Source of the DNA: an uncultured Clostridia bacterium
GTDB taxonomy: Bacteria; Bacillota; Clostridia; Christensenellales; UBA1242
DNA length: 64,000 nt
Direction: 5' to 3'
NCBI GenBank assembly: GCA_947626155.1
Contig: CANQRC010000001.1
Span: 1,799 to 65,798 of the forward strand
Positions 36,679 through 45,023 of the stretch are shown here, one piece after another (the first letter of the stretch is position 1; each line of letters opens with the position of its first letter). The notes beneath the pieces are model-generated. The model searched no databases, had not been told where the DNA came from, and worked only from the letters and a program-made list of their open reading frames with translations. The translations under genes were made by a program, and so were the position numbers.

Positions 36679-37347
36679 TTAAATATTTTTTTCTGTTAAA
36701 AATGCCAAGGCGTCATCAAAGGATTTTGCCACAAACATACACTTTTTTTGCAATTTTTTTGGAGGCAAAATTTGGTCTAAAACGTTTATGACTTTGCAGC
36801 CTGCGTCGAGCGCAGAGATTATTCCGTTTATGCTGTCTTCAAACACCAAACATTCCTCTGGCTTTAGTCCCAACTTTTTGCACGCCTTTTCATAGCCCTC
36901 GGGGTGGGGCTTGCCAAGAGTTAAATCATCTCCACTTATGATTGTGTCAAACATTTTTTCTTCGTCCATTCCAGCGCGCTTGAATAAGATTTTGATAAGG
37001 TCACGTGGGCTGCCGGAGTTAAGCCCAATTTTATATTTTTTGTTTTTTACATATTCAAAAATTTCTGTAAAGCCAGGCTTCGTGATGTCAATTTTGCTGG
37101 AGTATAGTTTTTCTAAAACCTGTTCTCGCCAAAGCCTGGAAAAATCTCTTACATCAAGATTTTCGGGCATATATTGTTTAAAAAATATGTATTGTTGATT
37201 TAAATCCATGCCGCAAGATTTTTTTCTAACGCTTTCTGTTATGCCACTTAAATTATATTTTTTCTTTAAGTCCGCAAGCGCCTTTTTCCAAAGCTTTTCG
37301 CTGTCAAAAATCACGCCGTCCATGTCGAAAATAATTGCTTTTATCAT
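36679..37347 (-). CDS. HAD-IA family hydrolase (beta-phosphoglucomutase-like)
   Basis: MIKAIIFDMDGVIFDS motif I, GLNSGS motif II and VFEDSINGI motif III/IV. AAGGTGA RBS before ATG 37347. The longer track ORF runs into the tRNA. Confidence 0.85.
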   Translation of the reverse strand: MIKAIIFDMDGVIFDSEKLWKKALADLKKKYNLSGITESVRKKSCGMDLNQQYIFFKQYMPENLDVRDFSRLWREQVLEKLYSSKIDITKPGFTEIFEYVKNKKYKIGLNSGSPRDLIKILFKRAGMDEEKMFDTIISGDDLTLGKPHPEGYEKACKKLGLKPEECLVFEDSINGIISALDAGCKVINVLDQILPPKKLQKKCMFVAKSFDDALAFLTEKNI

Positions 37348-37370
37348 GTGTTCACCTTGCTTTAATTTTT

Positions 37371-37460
37371 TGGCGCAGAGGAAGAGATTCGAACTCTTGG
37401 TGTGATTTCTCACACACAGCCTTTCCAGGGCTGCACCTTAAACCACTCGGACACCTCTGC
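37371..37460 (-). tRNA. tRNA-Ser (anticodon GGA)
   Basis: The reverse complement is GCAGAGGTGTCCGAGTGGTTTAAGGTGCAGCCCTGGAAAGGCTGTGTGTGAGAAATCACACCAAGAGTTCGAATCTCTTCCTCTGCGCCA. It has acceptor stem GCAGAGG/CCTCTGC, anticodon stem CAGCC/GGCTG with loop CTGGAAA, a long variable arm, T-arm AAGAG-TTCGAAT-CTCTT and an encoded CCA. Confidence 0.92.
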
Positions 37461-37474
37461 ACAGTGCGAGATAG

Positions 37475-37503
37475 AGTTTAACACAATTTTTTTGAAAAAT
37501 CAA
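37475..37503 (-). promoter_or_regulatory. Sigma-A-type promoter for tRNA-Ser
   Basis: On the minus strand: TTGATT (37503-37498), a 17-nt spacer, TGT-TAAACT (-10 at 37480-37475). It lies about 14 nt upstream of the mature tRNA 5' end. Confidence 0.5.
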
Positions 37504-37548
37504 CCAATTTTGATTTGTTTTTCACTCAAAAAGTGATATTATTTTGAT

Positions 37549-38184
37549 ATGAATTATCTAGAATTACACAAAGAGAGAATTAACTTTCTTGAAAGAAACA
37601 AAGAAAAGGACACTTTTATTGTGGGCGGCAAGGGGAATATTTTGCTTTCCGCTCCTCATGGCGTGGGGCAGGTGAGGCTTGGAAAATATAAAGTGGCTGA
37701 GATTGGAAGTTTGACCACGGCGCTTTATCTTCAAAGGCAGCTTTCGCTTCCGCTGATTGCAAAGACAAAAAACAACTTTGACGACGCCAATTTTGATGAA
37801 AATAGCATTTACAAGCGCGAACTTTTTGATTTTGTGAAGAAAAACGATATTAAATATGTTGTTGATTTTCACGGGCTTAGGGGCGACAGGCCTTGCGACG
37901 TGAATCTTGGCACTCATTTTGGGCAAAACATCCAAACAAATGTTCCACTTTTTGACGAACTTGTAAAAATTCTTGAGAAAGACGGCTTTGTTGTCACGGT
38001 TGACCAGCCTTTTATGGCAAACAAAAATTCCGTTTCAAGTTCTGTGAAAGAGAAGTTTGAAGATGTTTGGTCGCTTCAAATTGAAATAAACTGCTCTATT
38101 ACAAACAATAGAAAAAATTTTAAAAAATACTCAAAACTTTTGCAGGCGCTATGCGAGTGGCTTAGGTGCGAAAAGTTTAAGTAA
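37549..38184 (+). CDS. N-formylglutamate amidohydrolase-family-like protein
   Basis: ILLSAPHGVGQ and VVDFHGL resemble the FGase family metal-binding motifs. The assignment is tentative. Confidence 0.45.
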   Translation: MNYLELHKERINFLERNKEKDTFIVGGKGNILLSAPHGVGQVRLGKYKVAEIGSLTTALYLQRQLSLPLIAKTKNNFDDANFDENSIYKRELFDFVKKNDIKYVVDFHGLRGDRPCDVNLGTHFGQNIQTNVPLFDELVKILEKDGFVVTVDQPFMANKNSVSSSVKEKFEDVWSLQIEINCSITNNRKNFKKYSKLLQALCEWLRCEKFK

Positions 38185-38200
38185 ATTTTTAAAATAAATC

Positions 38201-38229
38201 TTGACATTTTGCAAATGCTATGTTATTAT
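38201..38229 (+). promoter_or_regulatory. Sigma-A-type promoter
   Basis: TTGACA 38201-38206, a 17-nt spacer, TGT-TATTAT (38221-38229). Confidence 0.55.
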
Positions 38230-38253
38230 CAAGGTGTGCACGGAGGATGAAAT

Positions 38254-38562
38254 ATGTATTATTATGATGACGACAACGAGTATGAGGATGACGGAGAAAT
38301 TGTCACAAAAACAAGGGAAGAGGGGAATGTTGTTTTCCTGCAGGCGGCAATGAACACTTCCGTTCCCGCGGTCAGACAGTCGGCAGAACAATATATGAAA
38401 GAAAATAGAAACAAAAACGGCGAGCCTTTTTTAAGAGCCGTTGTGGAACTTGTGTTCTCCTCAATTGAGGTGATAAATCCAGAATATGCCACAATTGTTC
38501 AGGGGCAACAGTCTTTATCTAGCAGGGCGGAAAAGCAAAGAGACGAGGGAAGAGGGATGTGA
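38254..38562 (+). CDS. Hypothetical protein with an acidic N-terminus
   Basis: GGAGGA RBS and a consensus promoter upstream. No family recognised. Confidence 0.5.
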   Translation: MYYYDDDNEYEDDGEIVTKTREEGNVVFLQAAMNTSVPAVRQSAEQYMKENRNKNGEPFLRAVVELVFSSIEVINPEYATIVQGQQSLSSRAEKQRDEGRGM

Positions 38563-38574
38563 AACCCCTCTTTT

Positions 38575-39612
38575 TTATTTGAAAAATTGGTCGTTATAGA
38601 CCACTGACGGGTGCTTTGGGAAAGTCTTTTTTGCCAAATTGTGATACTCGCGCGCCTCTTCAAAATTGCCAGAGTTGTAAAGAAGGCGCGTAAGTTCCAA
38701 AAGTGGAATTATATTTTCATAATCTTTGTAAACAAAACCGCTTTTTTGAGGCTCACACATAAGCGCCGCTTTATACCAAAAAATGGCAGATTTTTCGTTT
38801 TTGGAAAGGTCATAAGCGGAGGCAAGGCGGCAGCATAATTCGCTTGTTGGGGTGTGCTTTGAAAGCGCCATTAAAAGATATTTTATTCCATTTTGAACAT
38901 CATTTTTTAGGAGGAAACAGTCGCTTAAAATCATGTGGGCGCAGAGGTCATCGGGCGGAAAACCGTCCATTTTCAAAAACTTTTTCATCTCTTTTATGCA
39001 GGAAGAATATTTGTGATTGTAATATAGTTCGCGCGAATAATAATATTGCTCTCGCGCGCCAAATTTCACGCCGTTTCTTAGTGCTTTTTGATAAATTCTA
39101 AGGTTTCGCTTAGGGTCAGCGGCCTTTTCTTTTTTATGAAAAATTTCAATGTCTGTTTGGACAATTTTGCCGCGCGGAGGGATGGCCTCATGCACAAAGC
39201 CTTGCCACAAAAAGTGGCTTTTTCGCCTCAAAATGCGCTCGCGAAAATAGGAAAGTTCCAAATTTTTGCCGGTGAGATATTTGCACATATAAATGTCGGC
39301 GTCGGGCTGATTTTCTTTCAATTTCAGAATTTTTTGTATGTTTTCTTTGGAAATGACATCATCCGCGTCTAGCCACATTTGATAGTCGCAAGTGGCTTTT
39401 GAAAAAGAAAAGTTGCGCGCCGCGGAAAAGTCGTCTTGCCAGACAAAATCAAACACTTTGTCCGTGAATTTTTGCGCAATTTGCTTGGTGTTGTCCTTTG
39501 AGCCGGTGTCAACAATCACAATTTCATCGGCAAGCTGTTTTGCGCAGTTTAACGCCCTTTCAAGCACGGCGCTTTCGTCTTTTACAATCATGCAAACACT
39601 TATTGTGAACAC
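38575..39612 (-). CDS. Family 2 glycosyltransferase with C-terminal TPR-like repeats
   Basis: ISVCMIVKDESAVLERAL...IVIVDTGSKDNT...LDADD GT2 motifs and a helical repeat C-half. GTG start follows GGTGAGG. Confidence 0.78.
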   Translation of the reverse strand: MFTISVCMIVKDESAVLERALNCAKQLADEIVIVDTGSKDNTKQIAQKFTDKVFDFVWQDDFSAARNFSFSKATCDYQMWLDADDVISKENIQKILKLKENQPDADIYMCKYLTGKNLELSYFRERILRRKSHFLWQGFVHEAIPPRGKIVQTDIEIFHKKEKAADPKRNLRIYQKALRNGVKFGAREQYYYSRELYYNHKYSSCIKEMKKFLKMDGFPPDDLCAHMILSDCFLLKNDVQNGIKYLLMALSKHTPTSELCCRLASAYDLSKNEKSAIFWYKAALMCEPQKSGFVYKDYENIIPLLELTRLLYNSGNFEEAREYHNLAKKTFPKHPSVVYNDQFFK

Positions 39613-39742
39613 TTTTTTACCTCACCTTTTTTTATTCGCGGCAAAAAAATCTTGTCAAAAATAGTTAAAATTTTTAAAATTGTTTTGTTTTCACAACTTT
39701 TTATGTTATAATTCAAACGAAAATTTACAAGCGAGGTTTTTT

Positions 39743-40612
39743 ATGAAGAAAATTTGTGTCGTTACTGATAGCAATAGCGGAATAAGCCCAGAAGTGGCAA
39801 AGAGCATTGGCTGCGAACTTATTCCAATGCCATTTATCATTGACGGGGAAGAATATTTTGAGGGCGTAAACTTAACCCAAGACAAATTTTATGAAATTCA
39901 AAAAAGTGGCACAAGAATCACCACTTCTCAGCCAAACATAAACAAAATTGTTGAACTTTGGACAAACTTGCTTAAAGATTATGACGAAATTGTGCATATT
40001 CCAATGTCAAGCGGGCTTAGCCAAAGTTGCGAAACCGCTTTGGGCTTTGCAGAGCAGTTTGGCGGAAAAGTTCAGGTTGTTGACAACAAGAGAATTGCAA
40101 TCAGTATGCGCGGCTCTTGCATGGACGCTTTGAACATGGCAAGAGACGGCAAAAGTGCAAAAGAAATTAAAGAGTGGCTTGAGGAGACGGGGCTTGACTC
40201 TTCAATTTATCTTATGGTTGACACTCTTAAATACCTTAAACAGGGCGGAAGAGTGACGCCTGCCGCTGCCGCAATTGGAACGGTTTTGAACATCAAACCA
40301 ATTTTGCAAATTCAAGGCGGAAAACTTGACAAATATGCAAAAGTTACAAGCATAAAGGCCGCAAAAATAAAGATGATTGAGGCTTTGAGAAACGACATTG
40401 AGGGCAGATTTGCCGAATTTGTCAGAGACGGCTCTTTGAGAATTTCTGTGGCACACACTTGCAATGAAGAGGCCGCAAAAGAGTTTGCCGAGGAACTTAA
40501 AAGAGAATTTCCTTCTATTCCTTTTGAATATATTGACCCACTTTCGCTTAGCGTTGCAACGCACACAGGACCAAAGGTGCTTGCGTGCGGGTGTTATAGA
40601 ATCTACAAATAG
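39743..40612 (+). CDS. DegV family fatty-acid-binding protein
   Basis: KICVVTDSNSGISPE, ITTSQPN and LKYLKQGGRVTPAAA are DegV signatures. GAGG RBS before ATG 39743. Confidence 0.9.
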   Translation: MKKICVVTDSNSGISPEVAKSIGCELIPMPFIIDGEEYFEGVNLTQDKFYEIQKSGTRITTSQPNINKIVELWTNLLKDYDEIVHIPMSSGLSQSCETALGFAEQFGGKVQVVDNKRIAISMRGSCMDALNMARDGKSAKEIKEWLEETGLDSSIYLMVDTLKYLKQGGRVTPAAAAIGTVLNIKPILQIQGGKLDKYAKVTSIKAAKIKMIEALRNDIEGRFAEFVRDGSLRISVAHTCNEEAAKEFAEELKREFPSIPFEYIDPLSLSVATHTGPKVLACGCYRIYK

Positions 40613-40636
40613 TGGGGGACACTAGAATTTCTTAAC

Positions 40637-40661
40637 GCGGGCAGCTCGCCCGCTTTTTTTT
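40637..40661 (+). terminator. Rho-independent terminator of degV
   Basis: GC stem GCGGGC/GCCCGC (40637-40642/40648-40653) followed by a T8 run. Confidence 0.72.
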
Positions 40662-40684
40662 GAATAAACTTTTTTTGTTTTAAA

Positions 40685-40800
40685 CGCCCGCTGTCATGTT
40701 GAGCGAAGTGAAGGATCTCGGGCGGCGCTTCGAAGACAAGAGGTTGAGATTCTTCGCTACGCTCAGAATGACAGCATAATAGAATGCGGGGCGAGCGGAT
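40685..40800. repeat. GC-rich palindromic intergenic element (REP/MITE-like)
   Basis: 29-nt arms CTGTCATGTTGAGCGAAGTGAAGGATCTC (40691-40719) and GAGATTCTTCGCTACGCTCAGAATGACAG (40746-40774), with 24/29 positions complementary. GC-rich flanks (CGCCCG / GCGGGGCGAGCGG). It is much more GC-rich than its surroundings. Confidence 0.8.
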
Positions 40801-40815
40801 AGAAAGGATGACAAC

Positions 40816-40844
40816 AAAAAAAACAGTCATTGGCTGTTTTTTAT
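40816..40844. terminator. Orphan hairpin/T-run terminator after the palindromic element
   Basis: AAAAAACAG-TCATTGG-CTGTTTTTT. There is no CDS between it and the degV terminator. Confidence 0.5.
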
Positions 40845-40888
40845 TTTGAGTTTTGGGTTCTTTCGTGTATAATACAAATGAGGTTTAT

Positions 40889-41761
40889 ATGAAAGATTGC
40901 GTTTTTTGTAAGATTGTTAATGGCGAGCTGCCTTGTTATAAAATTTATGAGGATGATTTTGTTTTGGCGTTTTTGGATATTGCAAACGACATTGAGGGGC
41001 ATACGGTTGTTGTTCCTAAAAAACATTATGAAAGTGTTTGCACCTGCGACAACACCACGCTTTGCAGGCTTATTGAGGCTTGCAAGAAGATTGGAAAACA
41101 TTATGTTGACGACTGCGGATTTGACGGCTTTAACATCTTAAACAACGCTGGGCAATGCGCCGGGCAGAGTGTTATGCATGTCCATTTTCACGTTTACCCA
41201 AGGCGCAATAACGACGGCAAGTGGCTTGCTCCAAACAATCCTGGCTGCGACAAAGAACTTGAGGAAATTTGGAAAAACATAAAAATTGAGACTGCTGCAA
41301 CGCCAAAACTTGATGACGAAAACGCGGTTGTGCTTTACACAGACGGCGCTTGTTCTGGAAATCCCGGCGCAGGCGGCTGGGCGGCAATCCTCTCTTACAA
41401 GGGCAAGGAAAAAGTTTTGTCCGGCGGCGAGGAAAACACAACCAACAATCGAATGGAACTTATGGCGGTGATTTCTGGCTTGGAGGCAATTAAAAAGGCG
41501 GAAAAAGTGAATATTTTCAGCGACAGCGCCTATGTTGTGAACGCTTTCAATCAAAATTGGCTCTCCTCTTGGCAGGCAAACAATTGGAAAACGAGTGGCA
41601 AGGGGGAAGTTTTAAACAAAGATTTGTGGCAAAGGCTTCTTGCGGCAACGGAGAAGTTTGAGGTTGAGTTTCACAAGGTTAAAGGGCATAGCGACAATGT
41701 TTTTAACAACCGCTGCGACGCCTTGGCAAGGGAAGAGATATCAAAACTTAAAAAAGACTAA
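40889..41761 (+). CDS. HIT-family nucleotide hydrolase fused to RNase HI
   Basis: The N-half has CVFCKIV...HTVVVPKKH...HVHFHVYPR (HxHxHxx). The C-half has the RNase HI DEDD contexts YTDGAC, NNRMEL, IFSDSAYV and NNRCDALA. It is a single uninterrupted ORF with RBS GAGG and promoter TTGAGT-16-TATAAT (40846-40873). Confidence 0.85.
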   Translation: MKDCVFCKIVNGELPCYKIYEDDFVLAFLDIANDIEGHTVVVPKKHYESVCTCDNTTLCRLIEACKKIGKHYVDDCGFDGFNILNNAGQCAGQSVMHVHFHVYPRRNNDGKWLAPNNPGCDKELEEIWKNIKIETAATPKLDDENAVVLYTDGACSGNPGAGGWAAILSYKGKEKVLSGGEENTTNNRMELMAVISGLEAIKKAEKVNIFSDSAYVVNAFNQNWLSSWQANNWKTSGKGEVLNKDLWQRLLAATEKFEVEFHKVKGHSDNVFNNRCDALAREEISKLKKD

Positions 41762-42694
41762 TAAACACAGGGTGACAAGGCAAGAGAAAATTGCGTGGGT
41801 CACCTTTTGTGTTATAAACAGTTTGACGGGCATTTTTGTGCGCGAAAGCATGGTGAGGGACTGCAAAACTGTGGAAATTCCGCCAAAACTTATCACAAAA
41901 GAACACAAAATAACGGCAAGTTTCACATTTGGAAGTTGTGAGAGCGAAAGGCAGCCTTTTGTTATTTCCACAATTCCTTGCAAAAAGGCGGAAGTTTCGC
42001 TGCCGAAAAGGGAGAAAAGGGGCGAGAAGCACTCAATGACAATAAAGAAAATTGTTATTATGCAGCCGACAGCCAAAATGCTGTTTGTGGAATTTAGAAC
42101 AATTTCGGAAAGGTCAAAAGACTTTTTGTCCTCTTCAAGCGGCTGTGAATTTTGGGCGCTTTCTTTCAGTTTGAAATTTCGATAAACCAGCCCATTCAAA
42201 ATTGCGCCAAGCACGTGGCTGATAAAAAGAACATAGCCCACTGTGGCGCTTTTAAACATTCCAATTCCCACCGCGCCAACAATAAACATTGGGCCGGAGG
42301 TGGAGCAGAAAGAGGACATTTTGAAGGCGTCCTCTTTTGTTATTTTTCCTTGAAGGAAGAGGTCGCTGACCATCTTTGAGCCGACGGGATAGCCAGAGAG
42401 AATTGCCATGAAAAAGGCGTAAACTGAAATTGGCGGCGTTTTGAAAATTTTTTTCGAAAGCGGCGAAAAAGGGCGGGTGAGAGCGGACATTGTGTCTAGG
42501 CTTGAGAGGACTTTTGTGAAAAACATGAATGGCAGAACGGAGGGCAGAACGTTGAACGCCCACGCGGAAATGCCGTCGAGGGAGCATTGGATGTATTTTG
42601 CAGGCGAGATGAGCATATTTGCCAGAAAAAACAAAACAAGGCCGCTGAGCGCAACTTTTTGAAAATTATTTATTTTTTTTGCGTGAAATTTCAA
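41741..42694 (-). CDS. Nucleoside-recognition (Gate) domain membrane protein, YlbJ-like
   Basis: Polytopic protein. The N-terminus LISPAKYIQCSLDGISAWAFNVLPSVLPFMFF resembles the sporulation membrane protein YlbJ. TTG start follows GAGGGG. Confidence 0.65.
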   Translation of the reverse strand: MKFHAKKINNFQKVALSGLVLFFLANMLISPAKYIQCSLDGISAWAFNVLPSVLPFMFFTKVLSSLDTMSALTRPFSPLSKKIFKTPPISVYAFFMAILSGYPVGSKMVSDLFLQGKITKEDAFKMSSFCSTSGPMFIVGAVGIGMFKSATVGYVLFISHVLGAILNGLVYRNFKLKESAQNSQPLEEDKKSFDLSEIVLNSTNSILAVGCIITIFFIVIECFSPLFSLFGSETSAFLQGIVEITKGCLSLSQLPNVKLAVILCSFVISFGGISTVLQSLTMLSRTKMPVKLFITQKVTHAIFSCLVTLCLLVFFKF

Positions 42695-42792
42695 ACAAAC
42701 CCCTCAAATTATTTGACTTAAAGCGGTCAAATATTTTAAAATCTTAATGTATTTATATTTTGATGTTTGTCCAAAAATGAAAGAGGTTTTGT

Positions 42793-43776
42793 ATGTTTGA
42801 TATTGAAAATATTTTAAAAGAGGCCAAAAAGAGGCAAAAGACAATTGTCTTTCCCGAGGCAAGTTTTTCTGACAGAACTGTGGAAGCGGTTAAGTTTTTG
42901 CAGAAAAAGAAGATTGTGAAAGTTTTGCTTGTGGGCGACGCAAGCGCAATGATTTTGAGGGACAAGGCTTTTGAAAAATTTGATATAATAAACCCAATCA
43001 CATTTCCTGAAAGAGAAAAATTGGTTAAGACTTTGTATGAGAAAAGAAAGGAAAAGGGGCTGACCTTGAAGCAGGCAGACGAGCTTGAAAAAGACCCATA
43101 TTATTTTGCCACGCTTCTTGTAGAATGCGGCTACGCTGACGGCATGGTTTCGGGCGCAGAAGGCACGACGGCAACAAGCATTCGCCCAGCACTTCAAATT
43201 ATTAAGGGCAAAAACAAACAGCCTGTCTCTTCCTGCTTTTTGCTTTATGGGAAAAACAAATTTTTGAAAGATAGGCCACTTATTCTTGCAGACTGCGGAG
43301 TTATTCAAGACCCTGACGCGGACACGCTTTCAATAATTGCCAGCCAAACGGTGGCAAGTGCAAATTTGCTTGGGATTGAACCAAAAGTTGCATTTTTGTC
43401 ATATTCCACAAAGGGCAGTGCGAAGGGCGAAAGCGTGACAAAAATGGCGGCTGCGTGCGAAAAATTTAGGAAGAAAAACAAGGATGTTGTGTGCGACGGC
43501 GAAATGCAACTTGACGCCGCAATGGTGGAGAGCGTTTCAAAGCACAAAAGCCCAGAAAGCCCTCTTAAAGGCGAGGCGAATGTGCTGATTTTTCCGGATT
43601 TGCAGTCGGCGAACATCTGCTATAAGGCAATGCAATATGTTGGCGGCCTCACCGCGCTTGGGCCAATTTTGCAGGGGTTGAAAAAGCCCGTAAATGACCT
43701 CTCTCGCGGCTGCACGGCGTGGGACATTGTGGCAGTTAGTGCTATCACTGCTTTGCAGTGCGAAAATAAAGCATAA
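42793..43776 (+). CDS. pta: Phosphate acetyltransferase
   Basis: IVFPEASFSDRTVEA, ADGMVSGA and LIFPDLQSANICYK are Pta signatures. Directly upstream of ackA. Confidence 0.93.
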   Translation: MFDIENILKEAKKRQKTIVFPEASFSDRTVEAVKFLQKKKIVKVLLVGDASAMILRDKAFEKFDIINPITFPEREKLVKTLYEKRKEKGLTLKQADELEKDPYYFATLLVECGYADGMVSGAEGTTATSIRPALQIIKGKNKQPVSSCFLLYGKNKFLKDRPLILADCGVIQDPDADTLSIIASQTVASANLLGIEPKVAFLSYSTKGSAKGESVTKMAAACEKFRKKNKDVVCDGEMQLDAAMVESVSKHKSPESPLKGEANVLIFPDLQSANICYKAMQYVGGLTALGPILQGLKKPVNDLSRGCTAWDIVAVSAITALQCENKA

Positions 43777-43808
43777 AAAATAAAAGCATAAGAAAAAAGG
43801 AGTTTATT

Positions 43809-45020
43809 ATGAAAATTTTAATCATTAACGCAGGAAGTTCTTCACTTAAATATCAACTGTTGAACTCAAAAACAAAAGAAGTTATTGCAAAGGGAAATTG
43901 CGAAAAAATTGGCTTGTCAAAACCATTTATCAGCTACAAACATAACGGTCAGGAGCAAACTTTTCCTGGAGCAAAAAATCACGAAGAGGCAATTGAGAAG
44001 GTGCTTCAAATTTTGACCAATAAGGATTATGGCGTTTTGAAGAGCTTGGACGAAATTGAGGCGGTTGGCCACAGGGAAATCACCGGCGGCTGGATTTACA
44101 ACAAAAGCGAACTTATCACTGACGAACTTTTGAAGCAACTCAAAAAATTTGACGAACTTGCTCCACTTCACAACCCTGCAAATGTGCTGGGAATGGTTGC
44201 GTGCAGAAAAGTTATGCCAAACACGCCACAAGTGGCAATTTTTGACACGGCTTTCCACCAAACCATGCCAGAAAAGGCATACACTTATGCCATTGATTAT
44301 AAGGACAGCCAAAAATATCACATAAGAAAATATGGCTTTCACGGCTCTTCACACAGATTTATCACGCTTGAAGCCGCAAAAGTGCTTGGCAAAAAGGTGA
44401 AAGATGTGAACCTTATCATTGCTCACCTTGGAAACGGCTCTTCAATCACGGCAGTCAGGGGCGGACAGAGCGTTGACACAACAATGGGGCTTACTCCACT
44501 TCAAGGGCTTGTTATGGGCACAAGGTGCGGAGATATTGACCCAACCGTCGTTCAATTTTTGATGAACAAAAAGAAAATGACCGTTGACGAAGTTATGAAT
44601 TATCTCAACAAAAAGAGCGGACTTTTGGGCGTTTCTGGCGTTTCTAGTGACCACAGAGAAGTTGAGGCGGCCGCAAAAGAGGGCAACAAGCGCGCCGAAC
44701 TTGCCGACGAGATGCTTTGCTATTCAGTTAGAAAACATATTGGCTCTTATATGGCAGTTTTGAATGATGTTGACGCAGTTGTCTTCACGGGCGGAATTGG
44801 CGAAAACAGCGCCGCAACAAGAGAAAAGATTATTTCAAACATGGAAAATCTTGGCATTGTGCTTGATAAAAAGAAGAACAAAAACTTCAAGCGCGGGCAA
44901 GTTGAACTTATTTCTGATGCGAAATCAAAGGTTAAAATTTATGTAATTCCTACAAACGAAGAGCTTATGATGGCCATGGACACAGAAGAAATTGTAAAAA
45001 AATTGAAAAAATCGAAATAA
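43809..45020 (+). CDS. ackA: Acetate kinase
   Basis: MKILIINAGSSSLKYQL, GFHGSSH and VFTGGIGENS. Confidence 0.95.
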   Translation: MKILIINAGSSSLKYQLLNSKTKEVIAKGNCEKIGLSKPFISYKHNGQEQTFPGAKNHEEAIEKVLQILTNKDYGVLKSLDEIEAVGHREITGGWIYNKSELITDELLKQLKKFDELAPLHNPANVLGMVACRKVMPNTPQVAIFDTAFHQTMPEKAYTYAIDYKDSQKYHIRKYGFHGSSHRFITLEAAKVLGKKVKDVNLIIAHLGNGSSITAVRGGQSVDTTMGLTPLQGLVMGTRCGDIDPTVVQFLMNKKKMTVDEVMNYLNKKSGLLGVSGVSSDHREVEAAAKEGNKRAELADEMLCYSVRKHIGSYMAVLNDVDAVVFTGGIGENSAATREKIISNMENLGIVLDKKKNKNFKRGQVELISDAKSKVKIYVIPTNEELMMAMDTEEIVKKLKKSK

Positions 45021-45023
45021 AAC

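Noticed and set aside
40603-40830. A 75-aa minus-strand ORF (…CHSERSEESQPLVFEAPPEILHFAQHDSG…).
   Set aside because: It is the read-through translation of both arms of the GC-rich palindromic element. It has no RBS, and such peptides are characteristic artefacts of this repeat type.
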